A DNA stretch of 64,000 nucleotides from Camelus dromedarius (taxonomy: Eukaryota), in contig NC_087447.1 of the NCBI RefSeq assembly GCF_036321535.1, forward strand, positions 32,242,001 through 32,306,000. The letters run 5' to 3'. Shown here piece by piece: positions 12,907 through 23,483 of this stretch. The notes beneath the pieces were generated by a model. It was not told the origin of the DNA. It saw only the letters and a program-made list of their open reading frames with translations, and searched no databases. Made by a program: the position numbers and the translations under genes. The first letter of the stretch is position 1; each line of letters begins with the position of its first letter.

Positions 12907-13034
12907 CTTATCCCTCCTGTGGGTGAGCCTCCAGGCTTTCCTCGCACAAGAGAGAAGTGTTGATTAAATCTTAGGACAGAATTCTTCTGCTTGCCACCTC
13001 CCACTCTGTGACTCTCTTGTGAAGAATGAATACC
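12907..13034 (-). pseudogene. Pseudo-exon: WYSFFTRESQSGRWQAEEFCPKI*STLLSCARKAWRLTHRRDK
   Basis: Pyrimidine tract plus aag| acceptor, AAG|gtaaaa donor, 128 nt, one stop. Confidence 0.45.
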
Positions 13035-13723
13035 CTTTGAATTAAGAAACAGGTGAGAGTGAGGAAGAGGTGTAAACTGGACTTTTTTGAACATGAAAAA
13101 AGTCAGAAAGATAAAGATAAGGAAGGCTATGTGACTGAATGCTGCCTTGTATTGTGGAGAGTTCAGATTAGAAGGAAAATACTTGTTTTGTTCCTTAAGT
13201 CCAATTTCATTTTAACAACAAACAGGGAAATGGTAATTAAGAAAGTGTAAATGTTGGATATGCTAAGGTTATTTCTGGCCTGAGCAAGTAAATAGTTATA
13301 CAAAGATTGTAACGTTTACCACTCTTTCCTCAGACTTCAAACTTTACTTCACAACTGTGTGTTAAGACCTGAGCTCATGCACCAGGACAAAAACACAGGA
13401 TATACGCCGGATGCCATTTGTCACCTATCTGCTATGCCATCCTGCCAAACTCATTGGATGTGACCATTTTGAAGGGTCCGTATATATCAGCTGTTTGCTA
13501 GCAACAACATTTATATTCATTAATTCTTCATTCTTGCGTTTCTTGACATGTTCATTTCTCAAGGGTTTTTTTTTTGAGAATCTTTCAAATTCCAGGTACT
13601 GTTCTAGAAACCTAAGCTATAATGAGGCAAAGAAAAAGAAGAAGGATGAGGAGAGGGAAGAAGGGAAGAAGAGAAAATGTTAATTAAGATCTTTTGGAAC
13701 ACTTCATTTTACTGAACACTCAG

Positions 13724-14165
13724 TGTAGTAGTTAAATTTATGTGTCAACTTGGCTAGTCTACGGTGCCCAGGTGTTTGGCCAAACCTTAGTCTGGATGTT
13801 GCTGTGAAGGTATACTGTAGCTGTAATTTAATACTTTAAAATTAGTTGACTTTAAATAAAGGAGATCACCTTTGATAATGCAGTGAAACTCATCCGATCT
13901 GCTGAAGACCTTAAGAGCAAAAACTGAGTTCCCCAGGAAGGAAGGAATTCTTCTTCCAGACTGTAACATGGAAGTCCTACCTGAAATTTCCGGCATACCA
14001 GCCAGATTTCAGGCTGAAGATTACAATATCATTTTCTTCCCCTGAGTTTTCAGCCTGCTGTCCAACTCTAGAAATTTTGAATTTGCCAGCCTCCACAATC
14101 ATGGGGGCCAATTCCTTAAATTCCTCTCTCTCTATCCCTTCTTCATATAAGATACATTCCTACTT
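13724..14165 (+). mobile_element. ERVL LTR (MLT2D-like)
   Basis: Starts TGTAGTAGTTAAATTTATGTGTCAACTTGGC; typical MLT2 internal motifs. Confidence 0.8.
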
Positions 14166-15283
14166 AATATCTCATTTAATTTTTGTAGCCAGAGGCAGAT
14201 CCAGATATTATATGGCTTGAAGGTAATCAAATTAGAGTCCCTTCTTAAGAAAAACAGTACAAAATTACAAATATAAAATCAGACACTCAGTTTGGAGAAA
14301 ATCTACACAAATGATTACTTAAAACTTATCCTTTACTTGTGTCATGGTAAATCTGCTTCTTTTATAACAACCTATAAGAATAGCACTATTATTTTTATTT
14401 TTCCCAATGGATATATGAGGGAAATGAGATTCAGAAGAGTGATTTGCCCATGTTTGGAGCTCAGGAGAGGGCAATGTAAAATTCTAGGATAAATTGTACC
14501 TCATGCTTGAGGCTTAAGGTTCTTCACGGTACGTATACCAGGTCACCATTTCAAAATAGGAAGTTTCTATTTTTGGTTGAAGAGAGGCAGTTCTGAGAAG
14601 TCGGCACCCTCCAATTTGATGTACCTTTTAACATTTCTAGCTCCAAAATGTACCATCACCACCCCTGACCAAACACAGAACATAGAGAAACAATGCACTA
14701 TGTACCCAAAGCTTTGAAACCCACATGGTTCTGACACATTAGGGTTTATGAGCACAAAATGGCAATTAAATATTAAAAAAAAAAAACTAAGCAAATGGTG
14801 TGGTTTAGTACTTCTGGGAATTTCCTTTTCTATTATTCTTTATTCCCAACCAAATGTTGCATATTAAAAGCAAGATACTTGGCTTTAAAACAAATGCCTA
14901 TGTACCTACAATAAGCTTTGAACAAATTTTAATATTTTGCCATATTTGCTTCAAATTTATAAATAAAATACTACACATAAAAGTTAAGCCACCATTGTAT
15001 CCCCCTCTGCAGTAACATTTCTCTCCACCTCAATAACTATTTGTTGAGTAATGAGTAAATGAATGAATACACTTGCAATATCTTCCCCCTTTCATTCTCA
15101 ATGAAGCCGTAAGTGTTTCCACCTCTGCTCGACTGAAACACCAATAAATGAACACACCTTGCAAATTCAAGTGAAGAAAACTTGAGATAGATATTCGGAT
15201 CCACCCAAAATGTCAAAGAAACTAAATTGAGCAGTACATTCAGTTATTGTAAAACCTTGTTGGGAACCTGTGAATCAACTCAC

Positions 15284-15514
15284 ACTCGGTCCATTCCTTA
15301 ATCTATGATCAACCTGCAGGCACTGGATGCATCTGTCTTTTTAAAATTGCTATCAGAATCTCCCCACGTCCATTTTTAGAATCATAGAACCACATCTCTT
15401 TCATTTCTGGGAGATCTATAGGTTTAGGTGATGACTAACACCACCGAAGTTTATGAAAAGTCAGCATCCGTATGGGAAAGACACTTTAGCATGAAAGCTG
15501 TGGTATTTTGAACT
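15284..15514 (-). pseudogene. Pseudo-exon: EFKIPQLSC*SVFPIRMLTFHKLRWC*SSPKPIDLPEMKEMWFYDSKNGRGEILIAILKRQMHPVPAG*S*IKEWTE
   Basis: tctttttcttcccaacag| acceptor, AGT|gtgagt donor, 231 nt, four stops. Confidence 0.45.
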
Positions 15515-15668
15515 CTGTTGGGAAGAAAAAGATGATATAGACATGGGTAACAAAATCACATCAAAGTTGTGTGGCCTACAACATCTAAAGAACTCCTGTC
15601 TTTGAGTTCTGCTCTGGTTTTATGTTCATGGAAAAATTGCTTGCAACCTCTGGCTGGCCTTGGACCAC

Positions 15669-15670
<2 letters not shown>

Positions 15671-15714
<44 letters not shown>

Positions 15715-15783
15715 GGAGAGGAGATTGGATGAGAGAGAGGAGAGGAGAGAGAGAGAGAGAGAGAGGAGAGAGATGAGAGAGAG

Positions 15784-15841
<58 letters not shown>

Positions 15842-15900
15842 GAGATGAGATAGGAGAGAGAGAGAGAGATGAGAGAGAGGAGAGAGAGAGAGGAGAGAGG
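15671..15900 (+). repeat. Interrupted (GA)n purine tract, about 230 bp
   Basis: Direct observation; generates spurious ER/SL ORFs. Confidence 0.97.
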
Positions 15901-16888
15901 AAATGAGGTTTCCCACCTCCCCAAGGGTTCAGAATTCTTCTGCTCAGTGAAGGGAAATAGAAGTCTGGTCTGTAGCTGGACAGAGACATTTATAAGTTAA
16001 ATACTCATAAAAGTCCACAAGCTCAATGTCTGAGCCAGAAAGCTTAGTTTTGGAATCCTGACTTTTCACCTTAATAGCTGTATGAAGCCTGAGCAAGTCA
16101 CCTCTTCACTGTAATTTAGTTTCTTCATCTGTGCTATGGCGATATTAAATAGTACTACCTCATTAGGTAACCATTTAAGTAGATCTTTGCCTAAAGTTTG
16201 TTGCTTTGTGCATGTATTTTATTGGTATTAGCTCATTGCATTATGCAAGATATTTTATTATGACTATTAGTATAATTAGGATTTTTAAGAACCAGGGATT
16301 TAACCGACTGTCTTAACTCCCTTCTCCTTTTGGAAACTCTTCCACCATCAAAATCACTTCAGAAACTCCACGGAATACGTCATGACCTCACTCCCTGGCC
16401 ACTGCTGATGGTAGAGGGGTGGGCATCTGACCATTCCTTTCCTAAGAATTTTGGAACTAGAAATGAAAGAAGCAGACTCTCTTTGAGTAGCTTCTGCCAA
16501 AGATGTAAAACTCAGAAGCTAGTTTCTTGGAAGGCCATGATTATCTACTGTGATAAAAAGCTGGTGTTCAGTGGGAGGAGATAGAACATCCACATGCACA
16601 GGAAAGTGGATATGAGAAGCAACAGTGGTCCTAATGGCATTTGAGTTTCTGATTGCAGTTGGTTCTGAGATACAGCCACACCCTTGCATTCTGTAACGTC
16701 TTCATGGTCTATGGCATGTCCCAGGGACCTTTCTATCCCTTTATATTTAAAACTAGTTGCCCTTAAGTTTCTATCTCTTGCTAATAATGGCAGCTCTCTG
16801 TACATATTATCTCATTTACCCTTTCAGTAATGCTGAGATAAATGCTATTATCCACATTTTACAGCTAAAAAACTAAAACAAAACAAAA

Positions 16889-16905
16889 ACGCAGCGCTCG
16901 ACTGT
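16889..16905 (-). other. Untrimmed sequencing barcode at contig end (PacBio bc1008 plus T)
   Basis: ACGCAGCGCTCGACTGT is the reverse complement of ACAGTCGAGCGCTGCGT and abuts the gap. Confidence 0.88.
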
Positions 16906-17105
16906 NNNNNNNNNNNNNNNNNNNNNNNNNNNNNNNNNNNNNNNNNNNNNNNNNNNNNNNNNNNNNNNNNNNNNNNNNNNNNNNNNNNNNNNNNNNNNNN
17001 NNNNNNNNNNNNNNNNNNNNNNNNNNNNNNNNNNNNNNNNNNNNNNNNNNNNNNNNNNNNNNNNNNNNNNNNNNNNNNNNNNNNNNNNNNNNNNNNNNNN
17101 NNNNN
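16906..17105. other. Assembly gap, 200 N
   Basis: Exactly 200 N; a round size indicates a scaffolding placeholder, so the true distance is unknown. Confidence 0.99.
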
Positions 17106-17122
17106 ACAGTCGAGCGCTGCGT
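17106..17122 (+). other. Untrimmed sequencing barcode at contig start (PacBio bc1008 plus T)
   Basis: ACAGTCGAGCGCTGCGT immediately after the gap; CpG-rich 17-mer foreign to the flanking DNA. Confidence 0.88.
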
Positions 17123-18211
17123 GTCACTCAGAAGCTCTTTTTTTTGCATTCTTTTTTGAGGGAGACTTAAAAATCTTTGAACCTGGGTAAGTAAACATGG
17201 TTAAATTGGAAAAAAGATGTACTCTTTAAATTGCCCAGATTTCTTTGGGATTTGGGAAAACTGATTTATAACCATATGGCTTCTTATATAGGACTTGAAA
17301 CAAATTTGTGGAATTGACCATCACATGGAGCCCCCAACAAATACAAACCCACTAATGGTCAGAACTTCCCTTCATACTCCTTGGAAATTTCCTCTCCCAA
17401 AATTGAGTCTTTACAGACTAACTTCTTACCTGGTGAGGTGACAATGCTAAAAGGAGAGGACAGAGTACATCCATTTCTGTTTGGTTTTTTTTTTTTTTTC
17501 AATACAGAACAACTGAATAAAGTACAAAAACACATTTGTTCAAAGGCAAGAGTGAGCTGCTAAGGCAGCTACAACTTGAAGTACCAAGACCTTGGAAAGA
17601 CGTGAAGTTCACTGCGGTGAGTTTAACGTCATTTCTCCAGTTAAAATGTGATTTGTAGCCCTTTCCAGATTCAGCCCTGTGGCTCACATTAAGAAAGAGG
17701 AATTATCATTAAGATAAAATACAAGTGAATGTTGATGTTTGTCCTTAGGGATTTCATCATCTGGTGACATTTGTCTTCTTTCCTGAGTCCTTCATAAGCC
17801 ATGATATCCAGGCCCAAAGAACTCCCTTGGAGACCCTAATTTAGACTAGGGCTTCTGAGGTGTCTTGGCCCCAGGGATACTGCTCAGAGTTTTGGGTGTA
17901 CCCCACAATGTCCACCTAAAATACATCAAGTTTCAAAGAGCAAACAGAATAAAAGATTTTTAAAAATCCATATACTGTGCATTTATAATAATCTAATGAA
18001 AACAGGAAACTAAAACAAGGAACACAGGATATCAGAGGAAACAGTAATCTTCCCATCAAATCTGCTGTTCTCCAGGCTTTCCTCCTCAGTGAATGTACCC
18101 TCATCCAACCCGTCGCCTATGCCAGAAACTTGGAAGTAAACTTTGATATCTCCTCAGCGCTCAACTCTATCATTATAAATCCCTGTCAACTCCACAACAA
18201 AAACATATCCA

Positions 18212-19706
18212 ATTTTAATAAAGTCCAATTAACAATGCTTTCTTTTACAAGGAATGCTTTTTATCATCTGTTTAAGAAATGATTGCTTAATTCTCCTGTA
18301 TTTTTCCTAGAAAATTTATTGTTTAAATTTTGACATTTTCCATTGTTAGTCAATTTGCCCATTTTGCTTATTGAAAAGAACTGTCTTTTCTCTGTTGATT
18401 TAAAAGTGACAAATTTGTAGCAAACTAGATGACTTAATATGTTTCTACGCAGTCTACTCTATTCCACTAATCAATACCACACTGTCTTAATTGCTGGGAC
18501 TTTATAATAAAATCTTGGCATCTGCTTATGTAAGACCTCCAGCTTTGTTCTTTTCAGTTTGTCTTGGCTAATCTAATATCTTTTCATTTCTTAATAGAAC
18601 CAGGGGGTCAATTTCCAGGAAAATATGATGGAATTGTAATTGAGATTATATCAAACCTACAGACCAATTTGAGGAGAATTGACCTATAAAGAATACTGAG
18701 TTTTCCAATACATCAATAAGGTATATACTTCCATTTATTTAGGTCTCTCTTAGTTTTTCTTATTAAAAGACAGATTTGAGGAAGTAAAATTCAAAGTATT
18801 AATTAAAGGCAAAGATATTTGCAGTTCATATATCTGACAAAAGACTGTAGACTAAAAAAACTCCTCAAATCAATAAATGGGAATTTAAACTTAATTTAAA
18901 TGGGAAAAAAACTTCAACAAGTATGTCATAAAATAATATTCACATGAAAATAAACATATAAAAGACTCTCAACATCATTAGTTATCATTGGAAATGCAAA
19001 TCAAAACTACAGTGTGATATCACTACCTCCCACCAGGACAGTTAAAAATAAAATCTGTAGCAATACCAAACAGTGGTGAGTATGTAAAGCAACTGGACCT
19101 ATTTCTTTGATGTAAGTATTTTGAATGTAAATTTGTACAATTACTTTAGAAAACCATTTAACAGTATCTACTAAAGGTAAACATGGATGTCATATGACCT
19201 AACAATTCTACTCCAGAGTATATACCCAACAGAAATGAGTGCTTACGTGTACCTAAAGACATGTACAGGACATTCATAGCAGTATTACTCATAATGGCTA
19301 AAAGTAGAAGCAACAGAAAGAGTCACAAATAGTAGACTGAATAAATAAAATACAGCGTATCTATGCAATGGAATACTATACAGAGACAAAAAAGGATGAA
19401 ATCTTGCTATATTCCATAACATGGATGGATCTCACATAAATATACAAATAAATCAGATATGGAAGAAGGCATACTATATGGTTTCATTTATATGAAGATC
19501 AAAAGTAGGAAAATCTATGGTGGTAGCCATCAAACAGTCACTAACTCTGCAGGGGTACTGAGTGGGAGGGGACTTGAAGTGATGTTCTGTGGTGCAGAAA
19601 ATGTTCTATCTCTCTAGCTGATTGGTAGATTATATAATTTAAATGTATGTAAAGGTCACTGGGCTGTACACTTGAGTTTTTTTCTGTATGCCAGTTGTAT
19701 GTCATT
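18212..19706. mobile_element. Old L1 with inverted 5' segment, inserted into an L2
   Basis: About 18212-18765 is ORF2 on the minus strand, about 18810-19706 is ORF2 end plus 3' UTR on the plus strand; L2-like sequence at about 18040-18200 resumes at about 19720-19950. Confidence 0.7.
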
Positions 19707-20093
19707 AAAAGATATACATGCAATATATAATCTCCACTGTTCTCAATAAACAGTGCCACAGCAATACGGCAACTGCTCTATGATAATCCATTTCTGCCCC
19801 TCCCTCCAATCCAGTAGCCATGTTGATAATTTTAACATGTAAATATATTACCTTACCTTATGCTCAAAATCCTTCAATGGCTTCCATTGAATTTAGGATA
19901 AAACTCAACATTTTAACATGGCCCACAAAGCTTTATCTAATTTGTCACCTAGCCCATGGTAGCTCTAGAAATTCTGTATAGAAAGGGCTTTGGTGTAAGG
20001 TTCATAATTTGTTTTGATCTGCTTATATATGACTTACATAGATTTGATAAAATGTCAAGAATAAGATAAAATCTTATAATGAAGATTATAAGG

Positions 20094-20465
20094 TGTGGTA
20101 GATTGAATTGTTGACTCTAATTCCTCACCTTGTCCTCCATTCATGTTCATTGCCATGCAACTTTGGAGTTCCTCCCACAAATATTGGAGGGCCCCTTCCT
20201 TGTCTTTGGCCTCAGTTATGTGATTTACTTTAGCCAGTGAGATGTTAGCAGACATGGGGCTTAGCATGTGCATGGGCAGTGGGGCTTTCCCTCTTGCATT
20301 TCTGCCAGCACCATGAGCTTACTGGTCCCAGAGGGAGGATAAAAGACCTGGGCAGATCTGTCTCAGTCCATTCATACACCCATAAGCCAGAAATAAATGT
20401 TTTTTGTTGTATTCCACTGAGATTATATAGTTGTTTGTAAGTAGAATTATTATTGTAACATTGAT
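20094..20465 (+). mobile_element. MaLR LTR (MLT1I/J-like)
   Basis: Starts TGTGGTAGATTGAATT; aataaatg..tgttgt...ccactgagat near 3' end. Confidence 0.7.
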
Positions 20466-20585
20466 GTTCTGTGCGTAGTTTGTATCTGCTAATCTTATAC
20501 TCCCAATTTATCCCTCCCTTCCCCCTTCCCCCGTAACCATAAGTTCGTTTTCTATGTCTGTGAGTCTCTTTCTATTTTATAAATA
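20466..20585 (-). mobile_element. L1 3' UTR fragment (laurasiatherian type)
   Basis: cccttccccgtaaccataagttcgttttctatgtctgtgagtc motif, related to the reverse complement of 21550-21650. Confidence 0.7.
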
Positions 20586-20604
20586 ATAAACTTCATTTTT
20601 TTAG

Positions 20605-20762
20605 CCAGTCCTACTGCACACTTAATAGACTACAGAATAACGTAAACAACTTTCATACACACTGGGAAACCAGAAACTTTGTGTGACTCAATTTATTGCA
20701 ATAGTCACTTCATTGCTGTTGTCTGGAACCAAACCCACAGTATCTCTGAGGTATGCAGGTAT
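20605..20762 (+). mobile_element. Tigger1-like terminal fragment
   Basis: Ends ...tggaaccaaacccacagtatctctgaggtatgcaggTA, resembling the Tigger1 TIR followed by TA. Confidence 0.75.
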
Positions 20763-21031
20763 ATATACATATTTAAAGCAACAGAGGCATCTTGAAATTG
20801 TTGCTTAAATAAATGCAAATATTAATCTGACTTTCCATCTCATGTGGATAAGCTCAAAATTTAAAACTGATTATTCAACTGTCAAGAAACACTTTCAATT
20901 TGCAATGAAGTCAAATAGTAAGTATTTCTGTAGTTAGTTCTGACATCTTAAGAGATTAAGCCCTAGGTTATAATGTACACATCATTGTGCTAATCAGAAA
21001 GACTGTTCTGAACATTAATAATGCTCCTGTG

Positions 21032-21846
21032 ACACCAGTCAGAATGGCCATCATTCAAAAGTCCACAAATGACAAATGCTGGAGAGGCTGTGGAGAAAAG
21101 GGAACCCTCCTACACTGCTGGTGGGAATGCAGTTTGGTGCAGCCACTGTGGAAAACAGTATGGAGATTCCTCAAAAGATTAGGAATAGACTTACCATATG
21201 ACCCAGTAATCCCACTCCTGGGCATATATTCAAAAGGAACCCTACTTCAAAAAGACACCTGCACCCCAATGTTCATAGCAGCACTATTTACAATAGCCAA
21301 GACATGGAAACAGCCTAAATGTCCATCAACAGATGACTGGATAAAGAAGAGGTGGTATATTTATACAATGGAATACTATTTAGCCATAAAAATGACAACA
21401 CAACACCATTTGCAGCAGCATGGATGTTCCTGGAGAATGTCATTCTAAGTGAAGTAAGCCAGAAAGAGAAAGAAAAATACCATATCAGATCACTCATATG
21501 TGGAATCTAAAAAAGTAAAAAACAAAAAACAAACAAAAAAAACAAACAGAAACAGACTCATACACATAGAATACAAACTTGTGGTTGCCAAGGGGGAGGG
21601 GGTGGGAAGGGACAGACTGGGAGTTCAAAATTTGTAGATACTGACAGGCGTATGTAGAAAAGATAAACAAGATTATACTGTATAGCACAGGGAAATATAT
21701 ATACAAGATCTGTGGTAGCTCACAGCAAAAAAAAATGTGACAGTGAATATATGTATGTTCATGTATAACTGAAAAATTGTGCTCTACACTGGAATTTGAC
21801 ACAACATTGTAAAATGACTATAACTCAATTAAAAAATGTTTTAAAA
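21032..21846 (+). mobile_element. Relatively young 5'-truncated L1 (ORF2 C-terminus plus 3' UTR), 815 bp
   Basis: ORF 20987..21448 contains the ORF2 Cys-rich domain ([18 protein letters not shown]); one frameshift near 21390, true stop at 21508-21510; perfect 12-bp TSD aatgctcctgtg (21020-21031, 21847-21858). Confidence 0.95.
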
Positions 21847-23314
21847 AATGCTCCTGTGCTTAAATATTTATTTTATCTCACTATATTGTCATGTGTAGAA
21901 TATCTGATTTGTAGAATTGCTATTTTTTATTAAGTACTTTCCCTGTAAATTCAAGGAATAGCTATACTGTTCAGTTTAATTATTGCTGATGCTGTCTGCA
22001 GACCTGGAATCTTACAGGAGAACAGGGAACAGGGAAAGACAAGACAACAAAGAAAAGACTTGTCATACCCAGCCTCAGTTCTAGCCCTCAGAAACACTGT
22101 GAATTAAACAAAGTCTTCCCAGTTCAGACTTAACTGTCTTCCCATCGCATGCTTAACATCCTTTTTTTCTCTCTCAACCTTCTCTCAAAACCTAGTCTCA
22201 GTCCTTTGATTCTCATTCAGATTTTATTATCTGATAAAACTTAAAATTCCATCTTAAATAATTTATTTCAGTATTCTCCCCTATGTCCTTAAATCTTCTT
22301 AATACTGGCCCATCAAACCTCCCTCCTCCCCAAAGCCAGGAATCCTGTCTTTTATCACTGAATCTCCAAGTCATAGCACCATTTTATACACATAACCTTC
22401 ATTCACTGAATACCTACTATATAAGCCAGCCTCCTCCCTAAGTCCTTCGTGCATTCTCTCACATTTAATCTTCACAAAGGCTATCACGTAGACACTCTGA
22501 TTACCCCTACCTTATAAGTGAGGTTTCTGAGGAAACAAAGAGGTCTTCTGCTCAAGCTTCACAGCTTTTAAGTGGCTGCACTAGTAAAAGAGCATGGGTG
22601 TCCTTAATGGGCCCAAGGGAGTGCACTTAAATTCTGTGTTGTCTTGTGGTCTTCAGAAGATGTCCAACACACGTTTGCTTAACACCTAGCTTCTGATGTC
22701 AATGACCAGTTCATCCTGATGAGAAACCTGGAGAAACTCTTAACTGGTAAACAATCTCTGTTCCAAAAGAACCTGGATTTCTCTTCTTTAGTCCAGTTGT
22801 TTTTGCAAAGAAGAGACAAAGTACTTTGTGAGCCCAAGAACTAACTGGGAAATCTCTCTTGATCATGATTTTACAGACAATATCATTGACACCAAGTGGT
22901 CATTTGAAAAGTCACTGAACTTTAAATTGTCTGTCTTAATCAAACCTTTTAAATATAACACTCTTCTCTAGTATTTAAAGAACGCATATGGCCGTGGTTA
23001 TTAAGCTTATCAAAAGGTCACACCAAGATAAATTGTAAGTGGAAGAGGGGAGAAAGGGCAAGGGAGAGGGGTGGGGACCTGTAACAGGGGGAAACAGCAG
23101 CCCCAGCGGGGAGATGTTCGGATCAGTGGGGAACAGTTAGGGTTGATGAATGTAAGAAGGAAAGTAACCTAATTCCTCTCAATGTCCATATTTGTAGGAC
23201 TGAAAAGGGCAGGTCCCAAGCACAGTCCCTCCCTAGGAGAGGCTTTCTTAGGTCTGGAAAAAGATCCTACCTGAAAAGGGTCTGAATCCTCCCTAAGTCG
23301 GGTCTGCCACTTAC

Positions 23315-23483
23315 CAGACGAAGTCTCGCCTGGGGGAGTTACGTCTTTCCAGGATGAGGCGCTGTGTATAAAGATCACAGAGGCTGAGAAGCAGCAGTTT
23401 GGCATCCAGGTCTTTTCTTTGTTTCACCTGTCTTGGCTACCAAAAGGTATTCTCGGTGTACCAGAAAGCATTTCTTTGTTTCT
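23315..23483 (-). pseudogene. Pseudo-exon: EKQRNAFWYTENTFW*PRQVKQRKDLDAKLLLLSLCDLYTQRLILERRNSPRRDFVC
   Basis: tttcag| acceptor, CTG|gtaagt donor, 169 nt, one stop in 55 codons. Confidence 0.45.

Noticed and set aside
15556..15989. Four long ORFs rich in SL or ER
   Set aside because: Translations of the (GA)n tract.
16889..17122. 17-bp perfect inverted repeat as transposon TIRs or recombination sites
   Set aside because: It abuts the gap on both sides and matches a sequencing barcode; treated as an artefact.
20987..21448. 153-aa ORF as a host gene
   Set aside because: L1 ORF2 C-terminal fragment.
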